NCBI RefSeq assembly: GCF_008831285.2
Contig: NC_045138.2
Location: forward strand, 34,720,001 to 34,784,000
DNA length: 64,000 bases
Reading direction: 5' to 3'
Origin: Nymphaea colorata
Taxonomy: Eukaryota
The first letter of the stretch is position 1. Every line of letters starts with the position of its first letter. The notes under the pieces are model-generated. The model saw only the letters and a list, made by a program, of their open reading frames with translations. It made no database searches and was not told the DNA's origin. Shown piece by piece: positions 1 to 13,500 of this stretch. Both the position numbers and the translations under genes were made by a program.

Positions 1-214
1 CTAAGTTCTAACTTCTAACTCAAAGAATGATTTTCTCTGAATTGGACATGTACTTTCAAAGACACTGGATTTTCTCTGATTTGGATATGCAGTTTCAACG
101 AGGACGGAAACATGTAAAGAAGGTTTCTACAAATGAAGTGAGAATAAGAACCAAAATTTCAGATCATGCTGATGAATTAAGTTTAGAACCTTCTCTCTCA
201 TTGGCAGAGATTAC

Positions 215-3200
215 CTTCAAAAGAGGAGCAGGAGGTTTCTCTTCACCAGGTTTTGGGGACCACTCAAGCAAAACTTGATTTTTCTCCACAGCCTCTCGTA
301 TGTGAGTATACATATTCATAGCAGTCCTTGAATGGAAATCTCCACCAGCTCTGAAGGCATTCAGCATACTCTTGCAGTTTGAAAGGTGGGCCAAAATTCT
401 CAGCTCCAGCTACCAAGAAAAGAAAAAATCCACTTTCAGTATAGAAAGAGTAGGGGAGAAAAATAATACGGCAACAACCACCATTAGCATGACCCCCATA
501 TATCATCAATTTAGACAAAAAAAACCTGCCCATAATCAGCAACGATAAGAGAATTCCCAGGTTCTGCTACAAATGCTTGTCGAATTTTATAACGGTCCTT
601 CTCCAAGGCAGGCTGGTTCTGAAAGATAGCAAGAACAGCAATAGTAGCAATACCAATTAGGCAGTTAGATGCATGACAGCATACAGTTTTACAGAAAACG
701 CAGAACACTTATCAGCCAGAGGCACAATGCCAGATGCAGGTTTCATAAAACATAATTTTGATCGATAAACTTGGAAGAACAGCTTATCAAACCTGCTAAT
801 GTAAGAAGGAACATCATTTCCAATATTTCCATTGAAGTGTTAAAATATGCATATGTGTCATATATTTGTGTAGTAGTACTATGTTTTACATCTACATGCT
901 TGTGAACATACTTCCTATAATGTGTATGTGTGTACATATAGGACCAGTTGATCAATCCGCTAGTCACATATTTTTTTCACATTTTTGAAAAGAACTAACT
1001 ATGCAGATATGTTCATGTGTAAAACTATGAAAATCGGTATAAATTCCATATCCGTTGAACATACAGATGAGTTTTATAAGGAAAAAAAAATCTGAAAGCT
1101 AGTTCCAATTGAAATCCATGGGAGAGAGACTCCCTACCCTTATTAACCATCATAAAAGAATTTACGTACATGGAAGAATGAGAAGAAAACAGAAACACAA
1201 GCTGAAACAACTCATCACTACTGGTCCAGCAAAAGAAAAGTCTTTACAAATTTCTAACAGAGCTACTACTATTCGAAAGACAGGTCGCAGAAGATATCCA
1301 AATAGTCCCATACAGAAACCATGCGGGTCAGCCAATTTCATAAGTCCTGTCTTGATCGCTGCATGACAACAATCTTGTACCAACCTCCAGAGGAAGTTTT
1401 TGCTCAACAACCACAATGCTATCAATCTGGAGCCCCTTGCTCAACCATTCAGGTGGCCATTTCCTTCCACCCTCAATCATACCTCTAAGCCTTCGCATCC
1501 AACTTTTATTGTTGCCAGAGACATTGATGGTTCCTTGACTGGAATTTACTATTTCCAGCCCCCATTCCAGCACCTTCCTCTCTGCCTTGTCATCCCCACC
1601 GCCAATTTCCTCTTTACACCATACCCGACCTCCATTTGTAACGGGGTTCACAAAGCCATTAACTACCCTAGCACACCCCTTCCATCTGTTAATAATATGC
1701 ACCACCTAAACCTGTTCCTCCTCCTGCGCCTCACCCCCACAGACTAAACAGGTTCAAACCCAAATTTTAACTTCCTCCTCTATCAAACTATCTCTCCATT
1801 TAATAGCCATGAAAGCATCTGCAGTGGCTCCAAATTGAACACACATTGACTATCAGGAACGCAACCTTCATCATGAATAGACTTGTTCCTCCACCACCAT
1901 ACCCTCCAACAGACTACATGAGAACAGATAGTCCAGCATTGTTTCAACCATTTTTTTTTTAAACTGCACCTTATTCCAAGCTTTGAACTTAGTAATATCA
2001 AGCCAAAGAATTCTAGATCTCCCAAAATTCCTTACCAGCTGACTCCGTACCTTGTTGATCACCTTGCAATCAATGAGTAAATGATAGTTACTCTCTTCCT
2101 CCTCTCTGCACAACTGACATCTATTAACTAATTGAATCCCATATTGTTCAACCGATCAACTGTGAGAAGCTTGCCTTCACAAGCCAAATAAGTGAACCAA
2201 CATGCCCTCGCAGGAGCCTTGTTAGTCCAAAGATCTTTCCTCCATCACTCCTCTCTTCCTCCTGGATTAAGGACCTTCCAGATAGAGTGCGCTTTGAGAT
2301 CTCCACTACCATTCCTCCATATAATGTTATCTTTTTTATCATTAAGCACAAGGTTTCTTACTCTATTGCCAAATTTTGGAATCAAACCTTCAAATCTAGC
2401 CATTTTTTCCTTGGCTACACTGACTTTCATGGACAGAGACTTGTAAGCTTCATCATATTTCTCTCCTCCCACAACCCTGATTAGAATGCGATCCAACCAA
2501 AAGTCAGTCCAAAATCTACATCTTTGGCCATTTCCCAATCTGAAAGCTAGTTATTAAACTTCCATCAACCTTTTACCTTTTAACTTTTTGTTTGTGCCTT
2601 TGTGGATGAGTGTTGTGAGCAATGTTTTAAAACCTGGTGAGTCAGGACTCGACTCGTTCGTTCTTGACTCGTGACTCGGCAGGTCAACTCGGTCACTCAG
2701 GCTGGGTTTTGTTAACTATTGCTTTAAAAGTAAAACAATGTACAAGTCATCATTTAAATATAAACAAGTTGTAAAATAACGTGAATACATGTATAATTCA
2801 TACCATCAAGTAATACCTAAGTTACATTGTCTATTTTGTTAACAAGAAATTGATAACAAGATTCATAATTGCATTTGTCAAAGAAAACTGTGTGGCAAGA
2901 ATCAACATATCAACGGAAAACAAGCCAATAAAAATCAAACACTAAAAATAACACATTCAACATTTACAACTATCTAATGGTTAACAAATACAACATATAT
3001 GTTAATATGATATAAAACTAAAAATCCAAAACTAACAACTCCAATGTCCTAATTTCCTAAAACTTGAAATAAATACACTGACACCATATAAGAAGTAAAA
3101 CCTAATTAGTTTTACCTTTTCATTTGTAATATATAAATTTATAAATGAACAATAATTCTAAATTCTTATACTCCAATAATTTAGAAGATTCATGTCAAAA

Positions 3201-5434
3201 TTTAAGTAATATAATAAACAAATGACCTTGTTAATTCCAAAATACAAAATTTGCCACTAGACCACACTGAGTCAAACAAGCTTCAGCCGAGTCAAACCAA
3301 GTTTCAGCCAAGTCATGCCGAGTTTTGACAAAAACCGAGTCTCCTTATTGGGTTGACTCGTTAGAGGGCCGAGTCAAACCAAGTTAACCGAGTCAGCTTG
3401 TTGGCAACTTGGCTCGGCGAGTTTTTAAACACTGGTTGTCAGTCCATGTGTGAGAGAGTAAGCCTTACATTATGGCTTAAACATCAATATTCAGAGTGCA
3501 TTTTATGCTAACTACATAAATGCACAAGCAGAACACACATTCTACTAAAGAATAATATATATCATACTTTTTTGACAATCCTGTCATGGGCATGGTGACA
3601 CTTGTAAGAAGACCCTACATAAAGATATATTAAGAACACTGACCATCATAACAATAGACCATAATTTATTAATTTTGTAGCTTTTGCAACTGCTTGACTG
3701 AATGAAGCTTACATTGGCTGAATGAAGCTTACACACTGCACATAGGAGTGGGCAACAGGCGAGCTTGCCAAATCGACCCACGGGCTGAATTGACTGGGCT
3801 TGTCCCAGCTTGATTGTTTAAATGACTGGTTGAAACAGCGGGCACCAGCAAAGGCCTGTATATGCATACATGATATCCAATCCAGCCATTTTGCCCCTTG
3901 TTTTTCATTTTCAGAAGACTCACCATGTTAGATGATTCTAAACAAATTCTTTTGACTCAGTTATGAAGAGGTTGATACCAGAATGCTGACCCAGTAACAT
4001 ACTAATCCAGGTTAACTCAAGCAATTAATGAGTAGACTTATCGGGTTCACCAAATAGGGCATAAAGCACATTAACACTAACTAGATTAGTTTCATTTGTT
4101 TTATTTATGCCCTCCACTTTTTGGAATGATGTTGAAATGAAAATTTAGTGGAAGACATCAACTAGTTAAATTTTTTCATTTCAAATCTTTTTATCCATAG
4201 AACAACTACATAAACTTTGCATTAATCATCTGTGAGTTGTAAATTTTTACAGTTTGCAAATTACAAGTGTGCTACCCTAAGTTCCATCTGCTTTATAGGT
4301 CTTCAACTTCATATTAGTGTTTTTACTTGTTCAATCAAAGTGCTGCATGATACGTTCGATGTGAAGATTCTTGGAGTTCAAAGGGCCTCCCATGCAGGAC
4401 TCTCCAGACATGGAGGTTTCTTACACAACAAGAAGGCGATGGAAGGTACAGTTTGCCAAACCATCCAATGCAAGAGCTATTTTGGTCTATTGATTCTTGA
4501 GCATGGCTGATTGCAGTCATCCAAGAGAGAGTGTGTGTGTGTTTGTATGCTACAAAACTAAGAACATCCCAGACTCAATCTGATCCAATAAAATACTTGC
4601 ACTCAATCTCAAGGTCAAAGATAATCTCAAACATATGAACCTGCAAATTTGGCCGCCTAGAAGATAGCCGCCCAGTCTCAGTATTGATATTTAATGAACA
4701 ATGTATACGCCCATTTTTTCCCATTATTTCCTTTCCCTGTAGTAATAGAAAACAAAACACAGAACATCACTATAGCAAAATTACAGAAGATGCAAAGATG
4801 GATACATGGATATAATTTACAGATGTCATCCTGAAAAGAAAATGAGAAACAACCAGCGCCGCTGCATGTATAAACCTTTTGTCATTTTTCCTAACGATAT
4901 CCAAGCTAGAGAAAGTTGATAAAAAATGCTCATGCACAAAAACACATGCCTGCCACCCATATACACACTCACACTATGTGGAACAACTGAATGGCATGCC
5001 CCAGTGCCACTGTTTCACCGTGTATGGAATGCTAGAAAATGAAACTTCCACACAATCTAATTCTACACGATCCAACAAATGTTCTTTGTTAAAAATCAGC
5101 TGCTATTGCTTTTTTAAAAGTAAAATCATGAATTTCTAAGGCATCAAATTCTGTCATACTGAGTCTTTCATTTTTCTTGTTCTTGGTTTAACTTCTTGCA
5201 CACCCATTCACTCTTTGTGCAGTAGGCATGTAATCTTTTCAGAATATTAAGAGGATTCTGGTCATTCTAGAAGACCAGACCAGCTAAACATTCAGCTGGT
5301 TCAACAGTCAGTCATATATTAAGCTGGTTACCCAATAGGTACTCATTAGGTTCTCTGTACAGAAACAGGGGTATGACTTGTCACATAGGTATAGGCACAG
5401 GTGCCGGTATGGAGCATTTTCAAAAAAAAAATCA

Positions 5435-5471
<37 letters not shown>

Positions 5472-7282
5472 CTTCAATATACATAGTGTTTTTATCTTTT
5501 TTTTTTGTATCTTACTTGTTTATGGCTTATGAGATGTTTAGTCTTTATGATGGAAGTTTTATTTAGAAGCTATGTCACATAAGTACGGGTACGGGTGCGG
5601 GTACGGGTGCTAGTACGAGTACGGACCATTTTTAAAAAACTTGGGTACAGGGGTACGGTTGTACACACACATGCACATATACATATATATGTAAAAAAAT
5701 TTCAAACAAAATAACATATTCACACGTATATATATCAAAAATTACAAACAGAATATATTCATAAATCATAATCCAAAACTTATCAGCCTATAAGTAAAGG
5801 ACATCCAACAAACCAAGAACACCACAAAGGGAGACGGCCCGAGTCCATCCAAAGAGACGTACACCCGCTCCTCCTTCCATCCTTGTCTCTGACTCCCACT
5901 CCCTCTCTGCGCATCCATGGCTGCCGAGGCAACGGCCGCCACTAGTACTGTTCTGCCTCTCGTGGGGAAGAAACGTTATAGCGAAGACGATGTGGGGTCT
6001 TATGACAACAATGAAGGATTGAAGGGTTTTCAATGAAGAAGGGTGGGAGTAAATGGACATGCTTGTCGGACCCTGTGCAGGCGCTGGCGAGCGTTCGGCA
6101 CGAGTTCGGCGAGCACGGAGGCATGTCCATCGAGGCGTCCGCGACATTCACGGTCATGGAGCAGGAGACGATGTGGAGGATGTTCGCCGGCGAGCTCGGT
6201 CCTGACCGAGATTTCATCATATACAGCCGGCACTTCAACCCCACGGTGCTGAACCTCGGCCGGCAGATGGCCGCGCTGGAGGGCACCGAGGCGGCCTACT
6301 GCAATGCTAGCGGCATGTCCGCCATCTCCTCCGTGCTGCTGCAGCTCTACGCCAGCGGCGACCATGTTGTCGCCCCGACGTGCCTCTACAGCGGCACCCA
6401 CGCTCTGCTCACCCATTTCCTCCCCCAGGCAGCCAACATCACCGCTACGTTCGTCGACCTTCTTCACTGCCGCTGCCTTCGTCACCGGACGTCACTCGGT
6501 GAGAGGTCAGAAGAAACCCTTAAAACTTTAAAAGAAAACATGTTTTAAGTTTTAAGGGTTTCAAACTTTCATTTTTTTAACGTTAAAATAGTTTTAAAAG
6601 ATAAAATCAAATAATCGTTAAAATTTAAAAACGGACATATTTGTACTCGGTCAAATTTGACCGTGTCAAAAATAAGACGGATACGGCCTTCAGTGCATTG
6701 ACCTTACCCCGGTACGGTCAACGCCGCACCAATGGCGTAACGAAGCCCATACCCGTACCGGTACTGGTGTCGCACCGGTACCGGGCGGGTACTCCTCCTT
6801 TGGAGGAGTACCCATGTTACAGAGTTTAGAAGTTATATTGAAGTTATTTAGAAATCAAAATACAGAAAATTGTCATTAAGTCCCCTCATTAATACAGTCT
6901 TTATATAGTAGGTTCCGCAATTGGGCTGTCCATCTCTCTCTTTCCCCCCTTTATTACATTACTCTTTAGTTAATACTTAATAGCCATTATTATAGCATTA
7001 AATACAATTAACATTCATTATTACAACAACTTCATTATTCCAAATAGTGTAATTAAGAGGCACACACCTCAATGCATGAGGCATGTGCCTCACTATGCTC
7101 CACCCAAGCAAAACGCCTCAAGGCATTAGAGTGGAGCGACCGTCACACGAGGCGTGTGCCTCAACCTGGTGAGGTGTATGCCTCATGCCAATTTGTGGGG
7201 CGTGAGGGACACGCCTCAGCTGCCCTTCAATAGACCACTTTCACCCCCCAGATGCTTAAAATCACATAAATATATATACAAG

Positions 7283-7322
<40 letters not shown>

Positions 7323-7456
7323 CAGAGAGAACAATTCAATCTTGCTGGATGTTAAATGTTGCTGGATGGCTAAAATGTAAAAATTTGTCACTAAAAAAGT
7401 CACTACATTAGGTTCAATGATGGTTTATAATGCCACAACAGTTTACGGTAGCTTTA

Positions 7457-7515
<59 letters not shown>

Positions 7516-10500
7516 AAATTGAAATCTATCGGCTGCGGATGGCTAAATATTTAAAAACCATAGCTAAATGTACCATAAACTGTCGTTATAGCATAAAGTG
7601 TTGCTGATGCTACCACTGCATGGTATTCTTTGTAACGGCTTTCAAATGTTGTGTCATCTGCCAACTGGCTGATTTGTGATTTCAATTCATTTGTGTGTGT
7701 GTGTGTGTATAAGATTTTAACAAAACAAAAGTAATGCATTTTCTAAACACTTATGTATGCACATGTGTGTGCGTGTGTGTGTATCTGTATACTCATACAC
7801 ACACCCAGTCATGTCCCCAGACCCAGACCCAAATTTTTAGAAATTGCTCAGCAACCATGTCCCCATGTGCATTTATGACATCAAGGCAAGCATACGATTA
7901 GGAGTTGCCCCATATATAAGAAGAGATTCTGCCCCAGAAAACCTCTCAATAATGCATGATTATAACATGGCTAACAATTAGTACCCAAAATTTACAATTC
8001 ATCATGGAGAAAATACCAGCACAAACCCAAAGATATTGATAAAATCTAACTTTGTGCACATGATGAAGCACCACCAGGTAACTATTTATAAATGCCTTGC
8101 CTTTGGCTAAAATTTGAGATTAGTTTCAAGTTACTAGAACAAAATTAAAGACAAAGATCATAAAAAAATCAAAGAAGATGTGATGCAACGCAGTTACCTG
8201 TAAAGGCAGAATGAAGTTCGATATTAGGGCATCAATGGAGCTCATCTGACAAAGAGCTGCAATAGCATGACATGCTTTCTTCCCCTCCTCGCCACCTCCA
8301 AATGCATGAAATGCTGATCCATATACAGATTCATCTTCACTAACTTGTGCAACAGATTTTGCTTCTTGCTCTACGTCACCTGCTTTGTCATTGTTAGACT
8401 GAAAATCATAATCATCGCCCATGACATCATAAAGTTCTGCAGAGATCTTCCCAGCAAATGTTTTTAAAGCATCACTACTAACAGAAGGCCACCCTGAGGG
8501 TGTATACATCTCCGTGCGAATTTTAGCTTTAAGAAGATGGAGCTCAATATTTCGGTACTTTGGAGCTGCCTTCTTGCCTTTCTCAGGAACATAATCAACA
8601 TTAGGAACTCTGAAAGTCCGCTTGCAAGGAATATGCTCATTTGGATCCTTGCTGTTAATACAGCAATATAAGAAATTGTAATATAAGAAACAAAGTCAAA
8701 CGTACACAAATTATAAATTTTAAAAAATTAAAAAGAATGATGTACAACACTTAATCAGATGGTTCTAGTTGAGCTAATAAAACACCCAAACTTTGACTCC
8801 CAGACTTAGATGAATTGGATAACTTGATAAAAACTAAGTCATGGGCAACGATATCCCACAATTTCCCAATTGGCAACCACTTAAAGTGTAGTTGTCTCCC
8901 ATTCGCAAACCTTTCAGCCTTTCACAATTGAAAGGCAGGGATTAATGCCTTCTACTCCAACCGTAAGACGTAGCTCTTCCACTTGACATTTGCTTTTTCC
9001 TTTTTCCCTTTATAGTTGCTTTATTGTTCCAAACAAAGAGGATGTTTAGCACTTTTGCCAATTGATTAACAGAGACTCATATCCAAATCTCAACTTTTCT
9101 TTTCCAGTTTTCTGGAAACAGAGAGAAAGGAATCACATTGAAAGGGAAAACAAGCAAGAGACCAAGGAAGGAGATCCAATGACCTTCCAGCAACTACCAA
9201 ACGAGACACTTGATATTGGGGGAGTTGTAATTAAAGATGGTATTCATGAGTAACTCATCCATTCACCAACTGAACAGTTTACAGAAACCACTAGCTAAGC
9301 CATTTAATAGGACAAAAAATTCTAACCACATGTGTTCTCAACCATCCTGTGAACCGAACGGTAACTTATCAAGTCACTAGCTGAAGAGTTCATATAAACC
9401 ACCAAACAAGCCATTTAACAACAAAAAATTCTAAAGAAAGACACTTGACTACCATGTAAACCCGATGGTGGCTCATCCTATCGCTAGCTGAAACACCCTA
9501 GACCTAGAGCCTCTATGCGAAAGTGTGGCATGAAGGAACAAATTGACAAGTTGAGCAGCAGATAAACAGAAGACAAAAGTTACAATAGCCTGAAAATTCA
9601 CTACATTTTCACACTATAGCTACTATGAAACTCGTTATGATGTGACAAGATGGTTAAAACAAAGATTACATGCAAGAAACCAGACTAGTACTGTAAGATA
9701 TGGCCAATTGTTGCAGAACACCAGTGTCTGTCATACAACTCAACAAGCATTTGTACTTTGTAATTCTACCAAAGATCAACCAGCTTTGTAACCGAATTAG
9801 CCCACTTGTCCAATTTATGATCCACTCAAATCCAAGCAGCATCTGAAATCCAGGGAACTGGTGGGCTATTTTTTCCAGATGAAAGATTTTCATAGGCTCA
9901 CAAGGGTCCTAAAAGCTTTTGGATAATCACCTGGAGGGAGATTAACCACAAGTACAAAAGTAGAAGATTGTGCTTGTCCTAGATCCAACCAAACGGTCAT
10001 TAGCAAAAAGGAAGTTATGCAGGCATCATCATACATAAGTGCATATAGCTCACCAACAGAATCATTAAATAAGGGGCATTTGTAAGGAATAAGGAGATGT
10101 GGTAAATACCTGTTTGCAGTCTCACCAAAGAACAGCTGACGCAATTGAGCATCACTACCAACATTCATATACAATGCATCTGGACAATATTTTGATGCCC
10201 ATCTCCTAAACCTGTCAGCAGCAATTTTTTGCTCATTAGTAGCTATTTTCTCCAAATCTGAGAGGTACTTTCTGTCAACCAACATCCCTTCAGATTCCAT
10301 TTCAACCAAAAGGACACCAAAAGGACGCCAATATTCTTCATAGAAATCATACATATTTCCCCTTCGAGCACCATCAAGTTTCCACTCCATTTTCATCAAC
10401 TTTTCTTTCAAGCTCAAAAAGAGATCTAAGGTAGTTATTGAATCTCTGACAGAGTAGCAAATCCATGGTATTCTCTCCTTCTTTTGAAGCTCTTCAACCG

Positions 10501-13500
10501 GAGCAAGAGAAACAATTTTTCCTTCAGACCCATCTTTCCTAAGTTTTCTTCTTCCAAATACAGTTTTCATGGAAATCTTGCCAGACATCAACATATTCTT
10601 CTCAAGTGAACCAGATTCAGACATCACCTTTGGATCACCTGTAAGTGCTTCAAGAGAATACCCACCTTCCATGCGTCGAGAGGAATCCCATAGTCGCGCA
10701 AGATGCATGGTATCCGCATGAAACCCAGAAACTTTGATCCCATGATTCTCCAACACGTGGAAATCAAAGCTATAATTATGCCAAACCTTCAAAATAAAGG
10801 ATAATAATATATTTAGTAAAAACATATGAAGCTGGTGGTTAGGTCATCACCAACACAAAATTGGTTTGACAGCTACTGCTACCCTTGTTTCCCTTCTCCA
10901 GCAAAATCCTTTCTCCAACTAATCCCAAAATATATTTGTCATCTAATAAGATATGAATAAATGTGACTCACACATGGATAATATTAAACACATTCTCATA
11001 AAATGCTCAAAGTCCAATGTTCGTTGCCATGCACAACGGCTTTACGCCTCAGCATGACAAGGAGACCTACATAAAACGTGCCTTTGCCAAAGAAACAAAT
11101 TGCAACAACCTTAAAATAGTGACTATGGAACTGGAACGCTGAGTAGTACACTATTTTTATCAATTGCCTTGCACAAAAGAATGTACATGTGTTTCATTGC
11201 TTTCAAGATGAAGAACCAAAATATCAAGCATCTGAAAACTTACTGCAACTTCAAAGTTAAATCCTAGGGAGTGTGCTACATCATCGGCTTTGCAATATAA
11301 CTGGCAGGCCTGATTTAGATAAGACTTAAACTGGCATAGAAAATCCTAGGCAGCATGCCACATCATCAATTTTACAACATAACTGGCAGGTATGGTTATA
11401 GCTAAAACTTGAACTAGCATAAAACTAGTTGCTTAAATGTTAGCTATCCTCAGCTGCTTGTCATAACAAAAACCACAATATACATTTTGAAGTTCAAAAC
11501 TTTACATGTGAGTCATATATTTTGTCTGTATATACTTTTCTACAGAAAAACTAACCATGCATTTAAAATGCCCTTGCTTTAAGGTTGCTTGGGCAAATTA
11601 ATTCAGTTGCATGCAGCTACGATTAATCTAACCAGTTTGATGTTTGGGAAACTACTTGATGATACAATTTACAACTTCCTAACACAAACCACTAAATATT
11701 TTACAAGGTTCTTCAGATCTTTGTAACCAGACATACAGAGAGAGAGAGCAATATGAGCAATAAGAAACTTGCAATATGAAGCTACCTTCTTAATGCCAGG
11801 GTCTTCAAAAAATGGAGCAAACGCCATTAAAACATCTCTACCACCATCAAGAATGTCAACCCATATTGCAGTTTTGTCATCACCAAAATTTGTTCCTTTA
11901 CCAGAATAGACACTGAAGCAGATCAACTCACCATTGGCTGCTGGAGTTTCTTGCTTCACATCAATTTTTGCAACCTGCAAAGTATTATTACCACTTATAA
12001 ATTAGCTGTCTTAGTGTGTAATTTTATGTACACTGTCAATTTAGAAACTCCACTGTGGTCACAAATTGTCTATATGCCACATACCATACTTAAACCAAGT
12101 GATGCCATTTTTCATACCTCTGTATCACATGCATGAACCAAAGACCTGTACTCCCCAATTAGCTTTTCCACAACTACCTTTGCAGTTGAGACATTGTCTA
12201 CAACAAGCACCTTATCATAGAGACAAGAAAGCTTCATTCGATCATCTGAAATATAGCTTCCAAGCTCTTCTCTTACATTTTCTTTCCCTATCGAAGCTTC
12301 AACAATATCTTCAGAATTAGAAATTTCATCATCAAGGTTTTTTCTGTTCAAACCAATTCCGGGCACAGCACCATTGACTTCATAATGAATTTTTTCATTT
12401 TTGACAACCTCCGTTCCTAGTGGATGACCATTCGTAGAAATACAGTCTCTCTTTTTACTAGGAACCCGTGGTTTGGAGGCTTCAGCATGCAAAGATAAAT
12501 CAAGTAATGCTTCCTCGATTACAACTGCATGAGAATTTGTTCCACTAATGCCAGAACCAGATGGAATAGAATCCCTTGTACCTTCAGACTTGCCAGTTAT
12601 TAAAAGTGTGTTTTCTGAAGAATCTTCTTTTGTTGCATTACTTCCAGAAGGATTTGACACAAAGCCATTCTGAGGCATATGCTCTAAAACCCTACGATTT
12701 TTCTCAAGTAGCTTGGATGCTCTCAACCAATTGATCTCTTCATCCACCCACTTTGAACCTTCGTGCATTGTGCCTGTACCCACTGAAAGATGCTCATTTG
12801 CTTGTGCTTTTGGTATCTGTTTTTCCACCAAAAAATGTGTGGGAGTAGAACACCCTTTTGAAGAAGGTATTGTCCTGGGAGACTTTTTATTTAAGTGGAT
12901 AAGTGTAGTAGGAGACATCCTCAGATCAGCACGGACTACATATTTTGAAGTATGGCCACTGTTCATAGGTTTCCAGACATTATCAATCACCCCACGATTC
13001 AAACCCATCACTGCTTGCATATCTGCAACATTGTCACCATCAAGGAGACCAATATCCTGCCTATTAAAAAAAATTAGATTAAATCAGGTAACAGTTTCTT
13101 CAGAACCACTTAGAGATGAACAATTGAAATAACATGAAGAGCAAGATTTTTGGGGCATACAAAACTTTGACATACCCAAATTGTTCAATGTTTACTTAGG
13201 GGAAACCGCTTTCAGCATAAAACCCTCAATGCCACACCCTTGTGCCTCTAAGGTTTTGGCTTGCGTTGCGGCCAGTTACAGGAGAAGAAGAAGTAAACCA
13301 TGGAACGATATTATGCAATTTTTAATCGTTTGACATATGACACATGCAAGAAGAAAGCAACGGAAATCGCTGGAACAGCTAAGGAGAAAAGAAAGAAAAT
13401 GCAACGTCAATTGTTGAGCCCAAGAAAGCCACGTCCTTAAAAATCCATGCCAACCATTCTAAGCAGATATTCAAAGTAGAACCAGAAGGATACGCAGCGT

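Noticed and set aside
6033..6548. GC-rich MGL ORF as a functional nested gene or a horizontally acquired bacterial gene
   Set aside because: It has plant-type MGL N-terminal motifs, is frameshifted and truncated, and is bounded by transposon ends, so host gene capture explains it.
8780..9270. Possible additional LINE remnants in a polymerase intron
   Set aside because: Only vague motif hints, not enough to support a call.
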